A DNA stretch of 64,000 bases from an uncultured Eubacteriales bacterium (lineage in GTDB: Bacteria > Acidobacteriota > Aminicenantia > Aminicenantales > Aminicenantaceae), in assembly GCA_964445575.1 (NCBI GenBank), contig CAYULB010000006.1, positions 1,061 to 65,060 on the forward strand. Reading direction: 5' to 3'. Positions within the stretch are counted from its first letter, which is position 1, and every line of letters begins with the position of its first letter. Below are positions 19,837 through 30,007 of the stretch, in pieces. The notes under the pieces were generated by a model. It was not told the DNA's origin. It made no database searches and worked only from the letters and a program-made list of their open reading frames with translations. The position numbers were made by a program, and so were the translations under genes.

Positions 19837-20415
19837 ATGGATTTTTTCTTTGTTAAAGATTACAGAAATAACTACCGGTTCTTTTCATCCGTTCCCAATC
19901 CGCAGATACAGGCAAATTTTTCAAAATGGCGGAAGAAGTGGGAGCAGGCAAAAAAAAGATTGATGCTTCTTCCACCCCGGATATTGAATCAAGAGCTGGC
20001 CTTTGAAAGAGCTTTAAAGACCAAGGATTCTGTGACAAAGATTTATTTTTCGGGAGATCAAAAACAAAGCAGGGTAAGGAAAAAATTTACCTTTTTCCTT
20101 CAAAAACAGAGGAGCAAACATCTTTTTCTTCTGGTTGTTGAGGGCCTTCTTCTCCCAATAAGCGGGATTATGGCACTTCTTCCCGGGCCGAATGTATTTT
20201 TTTATGTCCTTTTTTTAATAATGTTTATCCAATGGAGAGCCTTAAGAGGAATAAAAGTTTTGATCAATAAAAACCATGATTTTATCAGCTCTTCTCTGTT
20301 GAAAGAATGGGAGGAAGCCGTGGAATCCAGCGACTTGGAAAGGATTCAGGCGGCTATTCAAAACATAGAAAAAGAAATCCCTGTAGATAAAGTAAAAAAG
20401 ATATTGTATAAATAA
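19837..20415 (+). CDS. hypothetical membrane protein
   Basis: ATG at 19837 (the ORF track starts at 19774). Two central hydrophobic helices ('LFLLVVEGLLLPISGIMALLPGPNVFFYVLFLIMFIQW'). No recognised motif. Confidence 0.4.
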   Translation: MDFFFVKDYRNNYRFFSSVPNPQIQANFSKWRKKWEQAKKRLMLLPPRILNQELAFERALKTKDSVTKIYFSGDQKQSRVRKKFTFFLQKQRSKHLFLLVVEGLLLPISGIMALLPGPNVFFYVLFLIMFIQWRALRGIKVLINKNHDFISSSLLKEWEEAVESSDLERIQAAIQNIEKEIPVDKVKKILYK

Positions 20416-20463
20416 AAAAATAGGGTATCAAAAAAGCTCCTGATATTCATTAAGTTGGAATTC

Positions 20464-20492
20464 TTGACTTTTTAGGGGTATACACCTAATAT
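20464..20492 (+). promoter_or_regulatory. putative sigma70-type promoter for leuS (TTGACT-N17-TAATAT)
   Basis: -35 TTGACT at 20464-20469, an exact 17-nt spacer, and -10 TAATAT at 20487-20492, about 97 nt upstream of the leuS ATG. Confidence 0.45.
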
Positions 20493-20522
20493 TTATGATT
20501 GAATTTCAGAACAGGTCTTAGG

Positions 20523-20555
20523 TTCTAAAGAGACGACAGAAGTTCCTCTTTAGAA
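20523..20555 (+). promoter_or_regulatory. perfect 10-bp stem / 13-nt loop hairpin in the leuS leader
   Basis: TTCTAAAGAG (20523-20532) pairs with CTCTTTAGAA (20546-20555). It lies between the putative promoter and the leuS start. No U-tract follows. Confidence 0.4.
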
Positions 20556-20588
20556 GTCAACACCAACAGGCAGTGCAGGATATTGAAT

Positions 20589-23072
20589 ATGAGTAAAGAA
20601 TACGATTTCAAGAAAATTGAGAAGAAGTGGCAGGACCTCTGGGAGAGGGAGAAAAGCTTCAGGGTCAGAGAAGACCCGGATAAACCGAAATATTATGCTC
20701 TGGAGATGTATCCTTACCCCTCCGGCCGCATACATATGGGACATGTGAGGAATTTCTCGATTTTAGACGTGATCTCCAGATACAAAACCATGTCTGGATA
20801 CAATGTGCTTCATCCCATTGGGTGGGATGCGTTTGGGATGCCGGCAGAAAATGCTGCCATAAAAGAAGGCATTCATCCCAGGGAATGGACACTGGAGAAT
20901 ATATCCCATATGAAGACCCAGTTAAAGAGGCTGGGATTCAGTTATGACTGGTCCAGAGAAGTCAACACCTGTCTTCCAGAATACTACAAATGGAACCAGT
21001 GGATTTTCCTGAAGATGTATGAGCGAGGTCTGGCTTTTCGGAAAAAGAGTTATGTGAATTGGTGCTCTGACTGCCAGACTGTTCTGGCAAATGAACAGGT
21101 TATCAGCGGGAAATGCTGGAGATGTGATACTGAAGTTGAACAGAAGCATATGGAGCAGTGGTTTCTGAAGATCACAGAATATGCGGAGGAACTTCTTTCC
21201 GGTCATAAGCTGCTGCACAAATGGCCCCAGAATGTTATTGCCATGCAGAAAAATTGGATCGGGAAAAGCAGGGGCGCCCAGTTGTTTTTCAAAGCTAACG
21301 GTTCTGATTGGGCTATTGAGACTTTTACTACCCGTATCGATACTGTTTATGGGGCGACTTTTTTAGTGCTTTCTCCAGAGCACCCTCTCTGTCTAAAATT
21401 GATTGAAGGGACAGAGAAAGAAGATGTTAAACGCAGGTGGATAGAGGAGAAAAGACTTCTCCAGCGCAGAGGTGAAGAGGCCCCGGAAGAAGAAAAAGAA
21501 GGAATTGATACCGGAAGAACAGCTGTTAATCCTTTTACCAATGAAAATATCCCCATATGGATTGCAAACTATGTTTTGATGGAATATGGGACCGGGGCTA
21601 TTATGGCGGTGCCTGCCCATGATGAAAGGGATTATCACTTCGCCAAAAAATATTCCATTTCCATAAGAAAAGTAATTGTCCCTGAAAAGAACCAAGAGGC
21701 CGATGTCCAGGAAGAAGTTTTTACTGAGTACGGAAGGCTGGTAAATTCTGGAGATTACACCGGCATGACTTCATCAGAAGCCATCTCAAAGATGAGCAAT
21801 GAATTGCAAGCAAAAGGAGTGGGAAAAGAGACTGTACTGTACAGACTTAGAGATTGGGGCATTTCCCGGCAGAGGTATTGGGGGACTCCGATTCCCATCA
21901 TTTTCTGTGAAAAATGTGGGATCGTGAAAGTTCCTTACAAAGACCTGCCCGTGACCCTGCCCTCGGGCGTGGAGTTTAAAGGTGAAGAAGGGTCTCCCCT
22001 GGAAAATTGTGAGGATTTTGTAAAAACAGAATGTCCGGTATGCCGTGGTCCCGCAAGACGAGAGACCGATACCATGGATACTTTTTTTGACTCTTCTTGG
22101 TATTATTTTCGGTACTGCTCTCCAGATGAAGAAGTCCTTCCCTTTAAACCTGAGAAAGCTGATTACTGGCTTCCTGTGGATATCTATGTGGGAGGGGTAG
22201 AACATGCCATTCTTCATCTCATTTATGCCCGTTTTTTCTGTAAGGTCCTGCGGGATTTCGGTCTGACTGACATCAATGAACCTTTTCCGCATTATCTGGG
22301 GCAAGGGATGGTGACCAAAGACGGTTCGGCCATGTCAAAGTCAAAGGGGAATGTGGTGGACCCCGATGATATGATAGACAGGTACGGTGCTGATACCATA
22401 CGGCTTTTTATTCTGTTTGCAGCTCCTCCAGAGAAAGAATTTGCCTGGGATGATAAAGGGATAGAAGGATGCTTCCGATTTTTAAACCGGATATGGACTT
22501 TTTTTCAACAAAATTTAAATCTGTTTAAAGAGCCTGAAAAACCCACAGAGCAGGAGGACAAATCCCCTGAAGAAGCAGACAGCCTGGAGATTAAAACGCA
22601 CCAGACTGTTAAAAAAGCAACCCAAGACATTGGAGAGAGGTATCATTTGAACACAGCCATAAGCTCCATAATGGAGTTTTTCAATCAAATGAAAAAAGAC
22701 AGCTCCCGATTAAAGTCAAGCCAGGCCGGCCAAAAGATACTGAAAGAGAGTATGCTAGCCCTTCTGAAGCTGCTTTCTCCTTTTGCTCCTCATATTTCTG
22801 AGGAATTATGGAAAGCTACAGGCAGGAGTTCTTTTCTGATGACATGTTCCTGGCCTGAGTACGATCCGGACCTGGTTAAAGAGGACACCGTGACCATTGT
22901 GGTTCAGGTGAATGGTAAACTCAGAGGGAAATTTGAAGCACAAAGAAACACCTCTGAAGACAAAATAAAGTCTAAAGCCCTGTCTCTGGAAAATATAGAT
23001 AAATACATCAAGGATAAAGAACCAAAGAAAATAATTTATATTAAAAACAAACTGGTGAATATTGTGGCATGA
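20589..23072 (+). CDS. leuS: leucyl-tRNA synthetase
   Basis: 'PYPSGRIHMGHV' (HIGH) and 'AMSKSKGN' (KMSKS) motifs plus a CP1 editing region. ATG at 20589; the track starts at TTG 20583. Confidence 0.95.
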   Translation: MSKEYDFKKIEKKWQDLWEREKSFRVREDPDKPKYYALEMYPYPSGRIHMGHVRNFSILDVISRYKTMSGYNVLHPIGWDAFGMPAENAAIKEGIHPREWTLENISHMKTQLKRLGFSYDWSREVNTCLPEYYKWNQWIFLKMYERGLAFRKKSYVNWCSDCQTVLANEQVISGKCWRCDTEVEQKHMEQWFLKITEYAEELLSGHKLLHKWPQNVIAMQKNWIGKSRGAQLFFKANGSDWAIETFTTRIDTVYGATFLVLSPEHPLCLKLIEGTEKEDVKRRWIEEKRLLQRRGEEAPEEEKEGIDTGRTAVNPFTNENIPIWIANYVLMEYGTGAIMAVPAHDERDYHFAKKYSISIRKVIVPEKNQEADVQEEVFTEYGRLVNSGDYTGMTSSEAISKMSNELQAKGVGKETVLYRLRDWGISRQRYWGTPIPIIFCEKCGIVKVPYKDLPVTLPSGVEFKGEEGSPLENCEDFVKTECPVCRGPARRETDTMDTFFDSSWYYFRYCSPDEEVLPFKPEKADYWLPVDIYVGGVEHAILHLIYARFFCKVLRDFGLTDINEPFPHYLGQGMVTKDGSAMSKSKGNVVDPDDMIDRYGADTIRLFILFAAPPEKEFAWDDKGIEGCFRFLNRIWTFFQQNLNLFKEPEKPTEQEDKSPEEADSLEIKTHQTVKKATQDIGERYHLNTAISSIMEFFNQMKKDSSRLKSSQAGQKILKESMLALLKLLSPFAPHISEELWKATGRSSFLMTCSWPEYDPDLVKEDTVTIVVQVNGKLRGKFEAQRNTSEDKIKSKALSLENIDKYIKDKEPKKIIYIKNKLVNIVA

Positions 23073-23084
23073 GAGGATGACAGC

Positions 23085-23594
23085 ATGAAAAAATATTTAA
23101 TTCTTCTATGGGTGTGTTTTTTTCTGTGCCACTGCGGTTATCATCTTCGCGGCACAGGAAGTTCCCTACCGTCTCATATTCAAAAGATATATGTTCCCAT
23201 GTTTGTGAATTCCACTTCCCGTTTTGAGCTTGATGTGAAGCTCACCCGAAGTGTTATTGATGAGCTTGTAGCCAGAGGAAAAGTTGAGATCATTGATGAC
23301 AGAGAATCCGCGGATGCTGTTCTCTTGGGAGAAATCACAGCATTTAGAGTTAATCCCATAGCTTTTTCAGACACAGCCACAGCAGACCGCTACAATATCA
23401 CCATAGTGACCAAGGTCACGTTAAGGGATTTGATACAGGATCAGGTGTTTTATTCCAATCCGAATTTTGTGTATAAAAAAGAGTATGAAGTGGAAGAGGG
23501 CGTGGATTTTGAAACAGCGGAGTCAGAAGCTATTGAAGAGATATCAGGAGATTTTGCCCGGAGTCTGGTTATCATGATGCTGGAGGGTTTTTAG
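23085..23594 (+). CDS. lptE: LPS-assembly lipoprotein LptE
   Basis: Lipobox and 'CHCGYHLRG' N-terminus typical of LptE/RlpB. Conserved leuS-lptE-holA order. Confidence 0.75.
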   Translation: MKKYLILLWVCFFLCHCGYHLRGTGSSLPSHIQKIYVPMFVNSTSRFELDVKLTRSVIDELVARGKVEIIDDRESADAVLLGEITAFRVNPIAFSDTATADRYNITIVTKVTLRDLIQDQVFYSNPNFVYKKEYEVEEGVDFETAESEAIEEISGDFARSLVIMMLEGF

Positions 23595-23598
23595 TAGA

Positions 23599-24699
23599 GT
23601 GGGTTTCACGAGTGAAGGGGATAAAGGTCAAAAATATGGATTTAAACCGGTTTATTTTTTTTACGGCGAGGAGATTTTTCCTGCCTTAGAGTTTATCGAA
23701 GAAGTAAAGAAAAGTTTGTCCATCCAGGAGAAGGAAGAGGCAGTAGTCGAGAAGTATGAATTAGGGACAGACTCCTGGGCTGATATCATGGATTCAGCAC
23801 GGACACTGCCTCTGATATCATCTTCATTCAGACTGATTGAGGTTGAAATTCCTCCTCGCAAAAATCCCAATGTTCCCAAAAAAGAAGAAAAGCTTTCTTC
23901 AGCCGAAGAAGCCTTGTTAAAGTCTTATCTTTCTTCCCCTTGTGAAAAAACTATACTGTTTCTTGTTTTTAATCAAAAGATAAGAGGGGATTCTCCTTTG
24001 CTTAAATTTTTTCAATCGCTTTCCAAGAAAAACATTTCTATAAAAGAAATTCAGCCGCTAAAGGGAAGAGATTTATATGCCTGGATCAAAAAACAGATCC
24101 AGAAGGAAGGGAAAAACATAGAACATGAAGCCTGTCAAAGGCTGGTGGAGTTTGCTGGTAATGACTTGAGAAGATTGAGCAGTGAACTCAATAAGCTGGT
24201 GACATTTATAGGAAAAAGGGACCGCATTGGGTTGGAAGATGTGGAAAAGGTTTCAGGATGGGTGAAACCTTTTATTGATTGGGAAATCATCAACAGTTTG
24301 GAAGAGGCTGACTACAAAAAATGTGTTTTTACTTTGGATAAGCTCCTGGAAAAAGAAAATATTCATCCTGTAATAATAATGGATAAGATTTCCGGTTTCT
24401 TCAATGATATATTTTTAGCAAAACTGCGCCTCCTGGAAGGAAATAAGGATAGAAATTCGATTTTCAAAGAAATCAAACCCTTTATTCCTAAAAAATATAA
24501 AAATTTATACCAAAGTAAATTTAAACAGATTATTGATTTTGCAGAACAGGTTCCTGTCCCGGAATTAAGATATTATATGGACCGGCTTAAAGACATTGAT
24601 CTAAAAGTCAAGTCCACGGCTCTATCTTTTCATGAGCTGATGGATGGATTTTTTTTTGATTACTGCCAAAGAAGAGGGGGTCAAAAAGGACCTTTATGA
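23599..24699 (+). CDS. holA: DNA polymerase III delta subunit
   Basis: 'KPVYFFYGEE' N-terminal block, size, and position after lptE. GTG start. Confidence 0.72.
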   Translation: MGFTSEGDKGQKYGFKPVYFFYGEEIFPALEFIEEVKKSLSIQEKEEAVVEKYELGTDSWADIMDSARTLPLISSSFRLIEVEIPPRKNPNVPKKEEKLSSAEEALLKSYLSSPCEKTILFLVFNQKIRGDSPLLKFFQSLSKKNISIKEIQPLKGRDLYAWIKKQIQKEGKNIEHEACQRLVEFAGNDLRRLSSELNKLVTFIGKRDRIGLEDVEKVSGWVKPFIDWEIINSLEEADYKKCVFTLDKLLEKENIHPVIIMDKISGFFNDIFLAKLRLLEGNKDRNSIFKEIKPFIPKKYKNLYQSKFKQIIDFAEQVPVPELRYYMDRLKDIDLKVKSTALSFHELMDGFFFDYCQRRGGQKGPL

Positions 24700-24960
24700 T
24701 GGTAAGGATGTGACCTGCCGGTTGAGTCTTGACTTGTATCGGCTGGCTTTATTTTTATGAATGGTTCCTTTTTTGGCTGCCCGGTCTATCAAAGAAAATG
24801 TTTCAGGAAGAAGTTCGAGAGCTTTGTTTCTGTCTTTATTTCCAATGGCTGCTCTCAGTTTTTTAATCTGTCTTTTTAAGATCGATTTGTTTTTTCTGTT
24901 TATCGCACGTCTTCTCAAACTCTTTCTTATATGTTTCTCTGCAGCTTTGTGTTGAGCCAT
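24694..24960 (-). CDS. rpsT: 30S ribosomal protein S20
   Basis: 'MAQHKAAEKHIRKSLRRRAINRKNKS...' is a basic 88-aa protein matching the S20 pattern. Confidence 0.9.
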   Translation of the reverse strand: MAQHKAAEKHIRKSLRRRAINRKNKSILKRQIKKLRAAIGNKDRNKALELLPETFSLIDRAAKKGTIHKNKASRYKSRLNRQVTSLPS

Positions 24961-25060
24961 TTGTTTCTCCTATAGAAAATAGGTGGTGTATGATAAAATA
25001 TCTGGCAACAATTGTCAACTTATTATAAAGTGATTGGAAACTGAAAGAACCAAATGAAAA

Positions 25061-26647
25061 ATGGATGAGAAAAGCAACCGTCGATTACTAAAGTCAACTT
25101 TTGCTGTTTCCATCCCTACTCTGTTGAGCCGGATTCTGGGGTATATAAGGGATATGATCCAGGCTTTTTTTCTGGGGACAGGAGTGAGTGCAGATGCTTT
25201 TACCATTGCCTACATCATTCCAAACTTATTGAGGCGTCTGACTGCAGAAGGAGCCATGACTTCTGCGTTTATCCCGGTTTTTACAGGCTTGAAAAAAGAA
25301 GAGAAGAGAGAGAAATTATGGAAGTTTGCCAATATATTCTTTTTTGACCTGACTCTTATCATGACGGCTGTGGTGGTGGTGGGGATTGTCTTTTCACCTC
25401 TTTTGGTAAAGGTCGTTGCTTATGGATTTCAAGATGTCCAGGGCAAGACCGAACTGACAGTGCTGCTGACGCGGATTATGTTTCCCTACATTTTACTGGT
25501 TAGCCTGGCTGCCCTTGCTATGGCGATCTTGAATTCGTTTCATAAATTTTTTGTCCCCGCTTTAACACCGGTTTTGTTTAATATATGTGTCATCACTGCG
25601 GCGGCGGTATTTGCTGCTCGCTCCAGCGAGCCGGCTGTTGTGTTTGCCGTAGGAGTGGTGGTGGGGGGAGCTGTTCAGCTTGGTTTCCAAATTCCATTTT
25701 TGTGGAAAAAGGGGATGAGATTCAAGCCCCTGATTTCTTTTAAACATCCTGCGGTTCGTAAAGTAGTCAGGCTGATGATTCCGGGTATATTCGGTGCTGG
25801 CATTCACCAGATAAATTTTGCGTTGAGCCGTATGATCGCCTCTACCCTGGAGGGTGGGAGTGTCTCTTCCCTTTATTACTCATCAAGAGTTCAGGAATTC
25901 ACCCTAGGGCTTTTTTCTATTGCTCTTTCCATTGCTCTTCTGCCGACTTTCTCTGATTTAGCTGCATCCAGAGATTATCCGGGGGTTAAAAGAACTCTTT
26001 CTTTTTCTCTGAGAGCCATTTATTTTATCACCATACCTGCTATGGTGGGTTTGTTAGTCATGAGCCGCCCTATTATACATATTCTGTATCAAAGAGGAGA
26101 GTTTGACGCTTCCTCCACAGCCATGACAGCCTCTTGTTTACTGTTTTTTTCCCTTAGTCTTCCCTTTATTTCTGGGGTTAAAATCATAGCACCTGCCTTT
26201 TATTCTTTAAAAGACACCAAGACTCCTGCTGTGGTTGCGTTTTTTGTGATGATTATTTATATTTCTCTTTCTTTGGTCTTGATGAGGCCGCTGAAAGTGG
26301 GAGGGATTGCCTTGGCCTTATCCATTGCCTCTGTGTTTAATTTTTTGGCTCTGTTCTATCTTCTGGAAAGAAAGATAGGCAAAATGGGAAAAAAGAAAAT
26401 CATTGTTTCAAGTGTTAAATCAAGCATAGCTGCAGGAGTCATGGGGTTTGCTGTATGGGGGTTCTTTCATTCTTTTTCATTCTATGACATGAATTTTGCA
26501 AATAAATTAATCACGTTTGCAGGAACTATTTTTCTGGGAATGCTGGTATATGCGGCGTTAAGTCTGGTATTCAACAGGCAAGAAATAAAGGCTTTCCAGC
26601 TGATTTTGTCAAGAAAGAAAATCAAAAAGATTAAGGAGTCAAAGTGA
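25061..26647 (+). CDS. murJ: lipid II flippase MurJ (MviN)
   Basis: 'LLSRILGYIRDMIQAFFLGTGVSADAFTIAYIIPNLLRRLTAEGAMTSAFIPVF' is the MurJ N-terminal signature. About 14 TM helices. Confidence 0.9.
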   Translation: MDEKSNRRLLKSTFAVSIPTLLSRILGYIRDMIQAFFLGTGVSADAFTIAYIIPNLLRRLTAEGAMTSAFIPVFTGLKKEEKREKLWKFANIFFFDLTLIMTAVVVVGIVFSPLLVKVVAYGFQDVQGKTELTVLLTRIMFPYILLVSLAALAMAILNSFHKFFVPALTPVLFNICVITAAAVFAARSSEPAVVFAVGVVVGGAVQLGFQIPFLWKKGMRFKPLISFKHPAVRKVVRLMIPGIFGAGIHQINFALSRMIASTLEGGSVSSLYYSSRVQEFTLGLFSIALSIALLPTFSDLAASRDYPGVKRTLSFSLRAIYFITIPAMVGLLVMSRPIIHILYQRGEFDASSTAMTASCLLFFSLSLPFISGVKIIAPAFYSLKDTKTPAVVAFFVMIIYISLSLVLMRPLKVGGIALALSIASVFNFLALFYLLERKIGKMGKKKIIVSSVKSSIAAGVMGFAVWGFFHSFSFYDMNFANKLITFAGTIFLGMLVYAALSLVFNRQEIKAFQLILSRKKIKKIKESK

Positions 26648-27081
26648 AGATAGTTTTGCAAAGAGTGAAAAGAGCTCAAGTTGAAGTCAAAGGAAAAGTT
26701 GCGAGCAGGATAGGAAAAGGACTTTGTCTTCTGGTCGGAATTGAGAAAGGAGATACAGAGAAAGACGCTCAAAATCTGGCTGATAAAATATTAGGATTGA
26801 GAATATTTTCTGACGAGCACGGCAAGATGAATCTTTCCCTTAAAGAAACTGGGGGAGAAATTTTGGCTGTCTCGCAGTTTACGCTTGCAGGCTCGGTTAA
26901 AAAGGGGAGAAGGCCGAGCTTTGACGGAGCTGAGAAACCTAAGGAGGCAGAAAGGCTGTTCGATTATTTTGTGGAGAGACTGAAGAAAAAAAAGGTCCGC
27001 ACAGAAACAGGAATTTTTGGGGAAATAATGGACGTGTCTCTTGTCAATGACGGTCCCGTCACATTTATTATTTCAACCTAG
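26644..27081 (+). CDS. dtd: D-aminoacyl-tRNA deacylase
   Basis: 'MKIVLQRVKRAQVEV', 'VSQFTL' and a 'GPVT' C-terminus, 145 aa. Confidence 0.9.
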   Translation: MKIVLQRVKRAQVEVKGKVASRIGKGLCLLVGIEKGDTEKDAQNLADKILGLRIFSDEHGKMNLSLKETGGEILAVSQFTLAGSVKKGRRPSFDGAEKPKEAERLFDYFVERLKKKKVRTETGIFGEIMDVSLVNDGPVTFIIST

Positions 27082-28295
27082 ACCAATTCCAGAATGTGTC
27101 CCATTTTTTCTTTTTTTGTCTTCAGGTATTTGAGGTTTTTGGAATTGGGGGGGATTTCAATAGAGACTCTCTCCACTATTTCCAGTCCGTATCCAGATAG
27201 GCCTATGAATTTCCTTGGGTTGTTGGTTATGAGTTTCAGCTTGGTGATTCCAAGAGAAACCAGTATCTGAGCGCCGACCCCATAGTCTCTCTGGTCAGGT
27301 TTGAATCCGAGCTTTCGATTGGCCTCAACCGTATCTTCTCCCTTTTCCTGGATGGCATAAGCTTTTATTTTGTTGATGAGTCCGATGCCTCGGCCTTCGT
27401 GTTCGATCATATATAAAATGACGCCTGTCCCTTCTTTTTCAATCATTTTCATGGAAAGATGGAGCTGTTCACCGCAGTCGCACCGTTTTGAATGAAAGGT
27501 ATCCCCAGTGAGGCATTGAGAATGGGCCCGGACAAGTGTGGGAAGATCTTTTTTTATTTCTCCTTTAACCAGTGCGATATGGTGTTCGTGGTAAATGGTG
27601 TCTTCAAATACCATGATTTTAAAATGGCCGTATTTTGTGGGCAGGTCCGCTTCTTCGATCTTTTTCACCAGAATCTCATTTTGCATTCTGTGCTTAATAA
27701 GCTCTGCGATGGTCAGGATAGGGATATCAAAAGTCTCGCTGAATTTTTCCAGCTCTTCTCTTCTGGCCATGCTTCCGTCTTCATTCATGATTTCACAGAT
27801 GACACCAGCAGGAGTCAACCCAGCTAATTTAGTTATGTCCACAGATGCCTCGGTCTGTCCTGCTCTTTTAAGCACGCCTCCTTCTTGAGCTTGCAGAGGG
27901 AAGATGTGTCCGGGACGCACTAAGTCAGACGGTTTGGTATCTGGATTTATGGCGGCAAGGATGGTTCGGGCTCTATCATAGGCAGAGATCCCTGTGGTGG
28001 TGCCTTCTTTAGCATCGATAGACACAGTGAAGGCTGTTTGAAAGGGTGCTGTGTTGGATTTGACCATCAAAGGAAGGTCTAATTCTCTGATTCTATCCTC
28101 TGTAAGAGACAAACAAATCAGACCTCTTCCGTGTTTTGCCATAAAGTTAATGATATCAGGAGTGACTTTTTCTGCTGCACAGGTGAGGTCTCCTTCGTTC
28201 TCTCTATCCTCATCATCAACAATGATAAGGAGCTTTCCGTCTCTTATGGCTTTGATAGCTTTTTCTACAGAAGCAACCGCTGGTTTGTTTTGCAT
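27078..28295 (-). CDS. ribBA: bifunctional 3,4-dihydroxy-2-butanone-4-phosphate synthase / GTP cyclohydrolase II
   Basis: 'DDEDRENEGDL' and 'RPGHIFPL' (DHBP synthase); 'CDCGEQL' and 'EGRGIGL' (GCH II). Confidence 0.92.
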   Translation of the reverse strand: MQNKPAVASVEKAIKAIRDGKLLIIVDDEDRENEGDLTCAAEKVTPDIINFMAKHGRGLICLSLTEDRIRELDLPLMVKSNTAPFQTAFTVSIDAKEGTTTGISAYDRARTILAAINPDTKPSDLVRPGHIFPLQAQEGGVLKRAGQTEASVDITKLAGLTPAGVICEIMNEDGSMARREELEKFSETFDIPILTIAELIKHRMQNEILVKKIEEADLPTKYGHFKIMVFEDTIYHEHHIALVKGEIKKDLPTLVRAHSQCLTGDTFHSKRCDCGEQLHLSMKMIEKEGTGVILYMIEHEGRGIGLINKIKAYAIQEKGEDTVEANRKLGFKPDQRDYGVGAQILVSLGITKLKLITNNPRKFIGLSGYGLEIVERVSIEIPPNSKNLKYLKTKKEKMGHILELV

Positions 28296-28307
28296 GTATT
28301 CAAATCC

Positions 28308-28907
28308 TCAGTCTATTTTCTTGTTTAGTTCTGAAATATAATTATACACATATTTTCCGATTATGTCACATTCGAGGTTGACTTCCTGACCCGGTTTCAA
28401 CTGGGATAGGTTAGTGTCTTGGAGAGTGATCGGTATGATTTCTGTCTCAAATTGGCTGCCCTTTATCGAGGCCACAGTGAGACTGACTCCGTCAACGGCC
28501 ACAGATCCTTTAGGGATAAAGTAGGGTTTCAATTCAGGAGGAAATTGTACTGTAATTCTTTTTCCATTTCTTCTGGTTAAGACTTTACTGATTTTTGCTT
28601 TTTTATCAATATGGCCGGAGACCAAATGCCCGCTCAGAGGATCTGAAAGGGTTAGAGGAGGTTCTAGATTCAAACAATCTCCTGTTTTAAAAGAACCCAG
28701 GGTGGTCTTTTCTAAAGTCTCTGGGGAAAGATTGAAATAAAGAACATCTTTTTTCTTTTTGGTGATGCTGAGGCAGACACCATTGACAGAAAGGCTGTCG
28801 CCAATATTCATGTGACGAGCCAGGGTAGGAGCTTCGAGACACATTTCTTTTTTGCCCAGGGAGTAAGATTTGAACCGGCCTTTATGCTTTATGATTCCTG
28901 TAAACAT
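28308..28907 (-). CDS. ribE: riboflavin synthase alpha chain
   Basis: 'MFTGIIKHKG', duplicated 'VNGVCLS'/'VDGVSLT' barrels, 199 aa. Confidence 0.9.
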   Translation of the reverse strand: MFTGIIKHKGRFKSYSLGKKEMCLEAPTLARHMNIGDSLSVNGVCLSITKKKKDVLYFNLSPETLEKTTLGSFKTGDCLNLEPPLTLSDPLSGHLVSGHIDKKAKISKVLTRRNGKRITVQFPPELKPYFIPKGSVAVDGVSLTVASIKGSQFETEIIPITLQDTNLSQLKPGQEVNLECDIIGKYVYNYISELNKKID

Positions 28908-30007
28908 TAGAGATATCCTTGGATGATGGTATCATCGCCTATTTGAAATGATTTCATTTTTTTTATTTTAAGGGATTTATTTATGTTCTCCACTCCTTTT
29001 CCTTCAAAAAAACAAGGGGCCTTTTGCCCTCCCACTAATTTTGGGGAGATGGACATCACGATTTGATCCACTGTTCTGGATTCAAGCATATGGGTGTGAA
29101 GCGTATTGCCTCCTTCCACCAGCACACTTGATATTTTGTTTTGTCCCAGCCAGGTGAGAGCTTTGTTTATATTGATTTTACTGTTTTTTCCAGGAAGATT
29201 GATGACCTTCACTCCTTTTTTTTGCAGGACTTTTCTTTTCTCAGATGAAGAGGGCTCAAGGGTAAACACAATGACATCTCCCTTATTTAAGGTGTGGAGT
29301 ATCTTTGCGTTCACGGGAAATCTCAAGTTTGAATCCAGAATCACTCGGGTTATGGTTTTTCCAGGCCAGCTGGAATGTCTTACTGTCAGTTGGGGGTCGT
29401 CTATCAATAAGGTGTTTATCCCTACCATGACAGCATCGTGCTCTCCTCTCAACAGGTGCATGTATTTTCTGGTTTGGGAGGATGAAATCCATTTTGATGA
29501 ATGAGTTTTGGTTGCTGTTTTTCCATCCAGACTCATGGCTGTTTTTAAGGTCACAAAAGGGATTTTATGCTGAATGTATTTCAAATAGGCCTGGTTCAGG
29601 CGGTTGTTCTTTTCTTTTAAAAGGCCTAATTCAACCTCAATTCCTGCTTGTTTCATCCTTTGGATTCCCTTCCCATTTACCAGTGGATTCGGGTCAATGG
29701 TTGATATCACAATCCTTTTTATTCCAGATGCAAGTATTTTGTCGATACAGGGGGGGGTTCTGCCCCAGTGCACGCAGGGTTCCAGATTTATATAAAGGGT
29801 GGCGTTTTTTGCTTGGGAGCCTGCTTTTTCTAGGGCTAATGCTTCAGCGTGCGGCTTCCCTGGTCTTTCATGATAGCCGTGGCCGACAATGATGTCCTTT
29901 TTTACCACCACAGCTCCTACATAAGGATTTGGGCTTGCCCATCCTATTGCTTTTTCAGCGAGGGCATAGCACATTTGGAGATAGGAAATATCTTTATAAG
30001 TATTCAT
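28907..30007 (-). CDS. ribD: bifunctional riboflavin biosynthesis deaminase/reductase
   Basis: CMP/dCMP deaminase zinc motif 'HAEALAL...PCVHWGRTPPC', then a reductase domain. Confidence 0.9.
   Translation of the reverse strand: MNTYKDISYLQMCYALAEKAIGWASPNPYVGAVVVKKDIIVGHGYHERPGKPHAEALALEKAGSQAKNATLYINLEPCVHWGRTPPCIDKILASGIKRIVISTIDPNPLVNGKGIQRMKQAGIEVELGLLKEKNNRLNQAYLKYIQHKIPFVTLKTAMSLDGKTATKTHSSKWISSSQTRKYMHLLRGEHDAVMVGINTLLIDDPQLTVRHSSWPGKTITRVILDSNLRFPVNAKILHTLNKGDVIVFTLEPSSSEKRKVLQKKGVKVINLPGKNSKININKALTWLGQNKISSVLVEGGNTLHTHMLESRTVDQIVMSISPKLVGGQKAPCFFEGKGVENINKSLKIKKMKSFQIGDDTIIQGYL

Noticed and set aside
20416-20588. T-box leader upstream of leuS
   Set aside because: The region is too short (~170 nt). 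It has no specifier-loop/T-box 'AGGGTGGNACCGCG'-like sequence and no terminator/antiterminator pair.
21786-22304. 172-aa minus-strand ORF
   Set aside because: It lies antisense within leuS and has no recognisable motifs.
29750-29757. G8 homopolymer inside ribD as a phase-variation tract
   Set aside because: It encodes the conserved 'TPPC' of the deaminase zinc site in frame. A housekeeping gene with an intact frame is unlikely to be a contingency locus.
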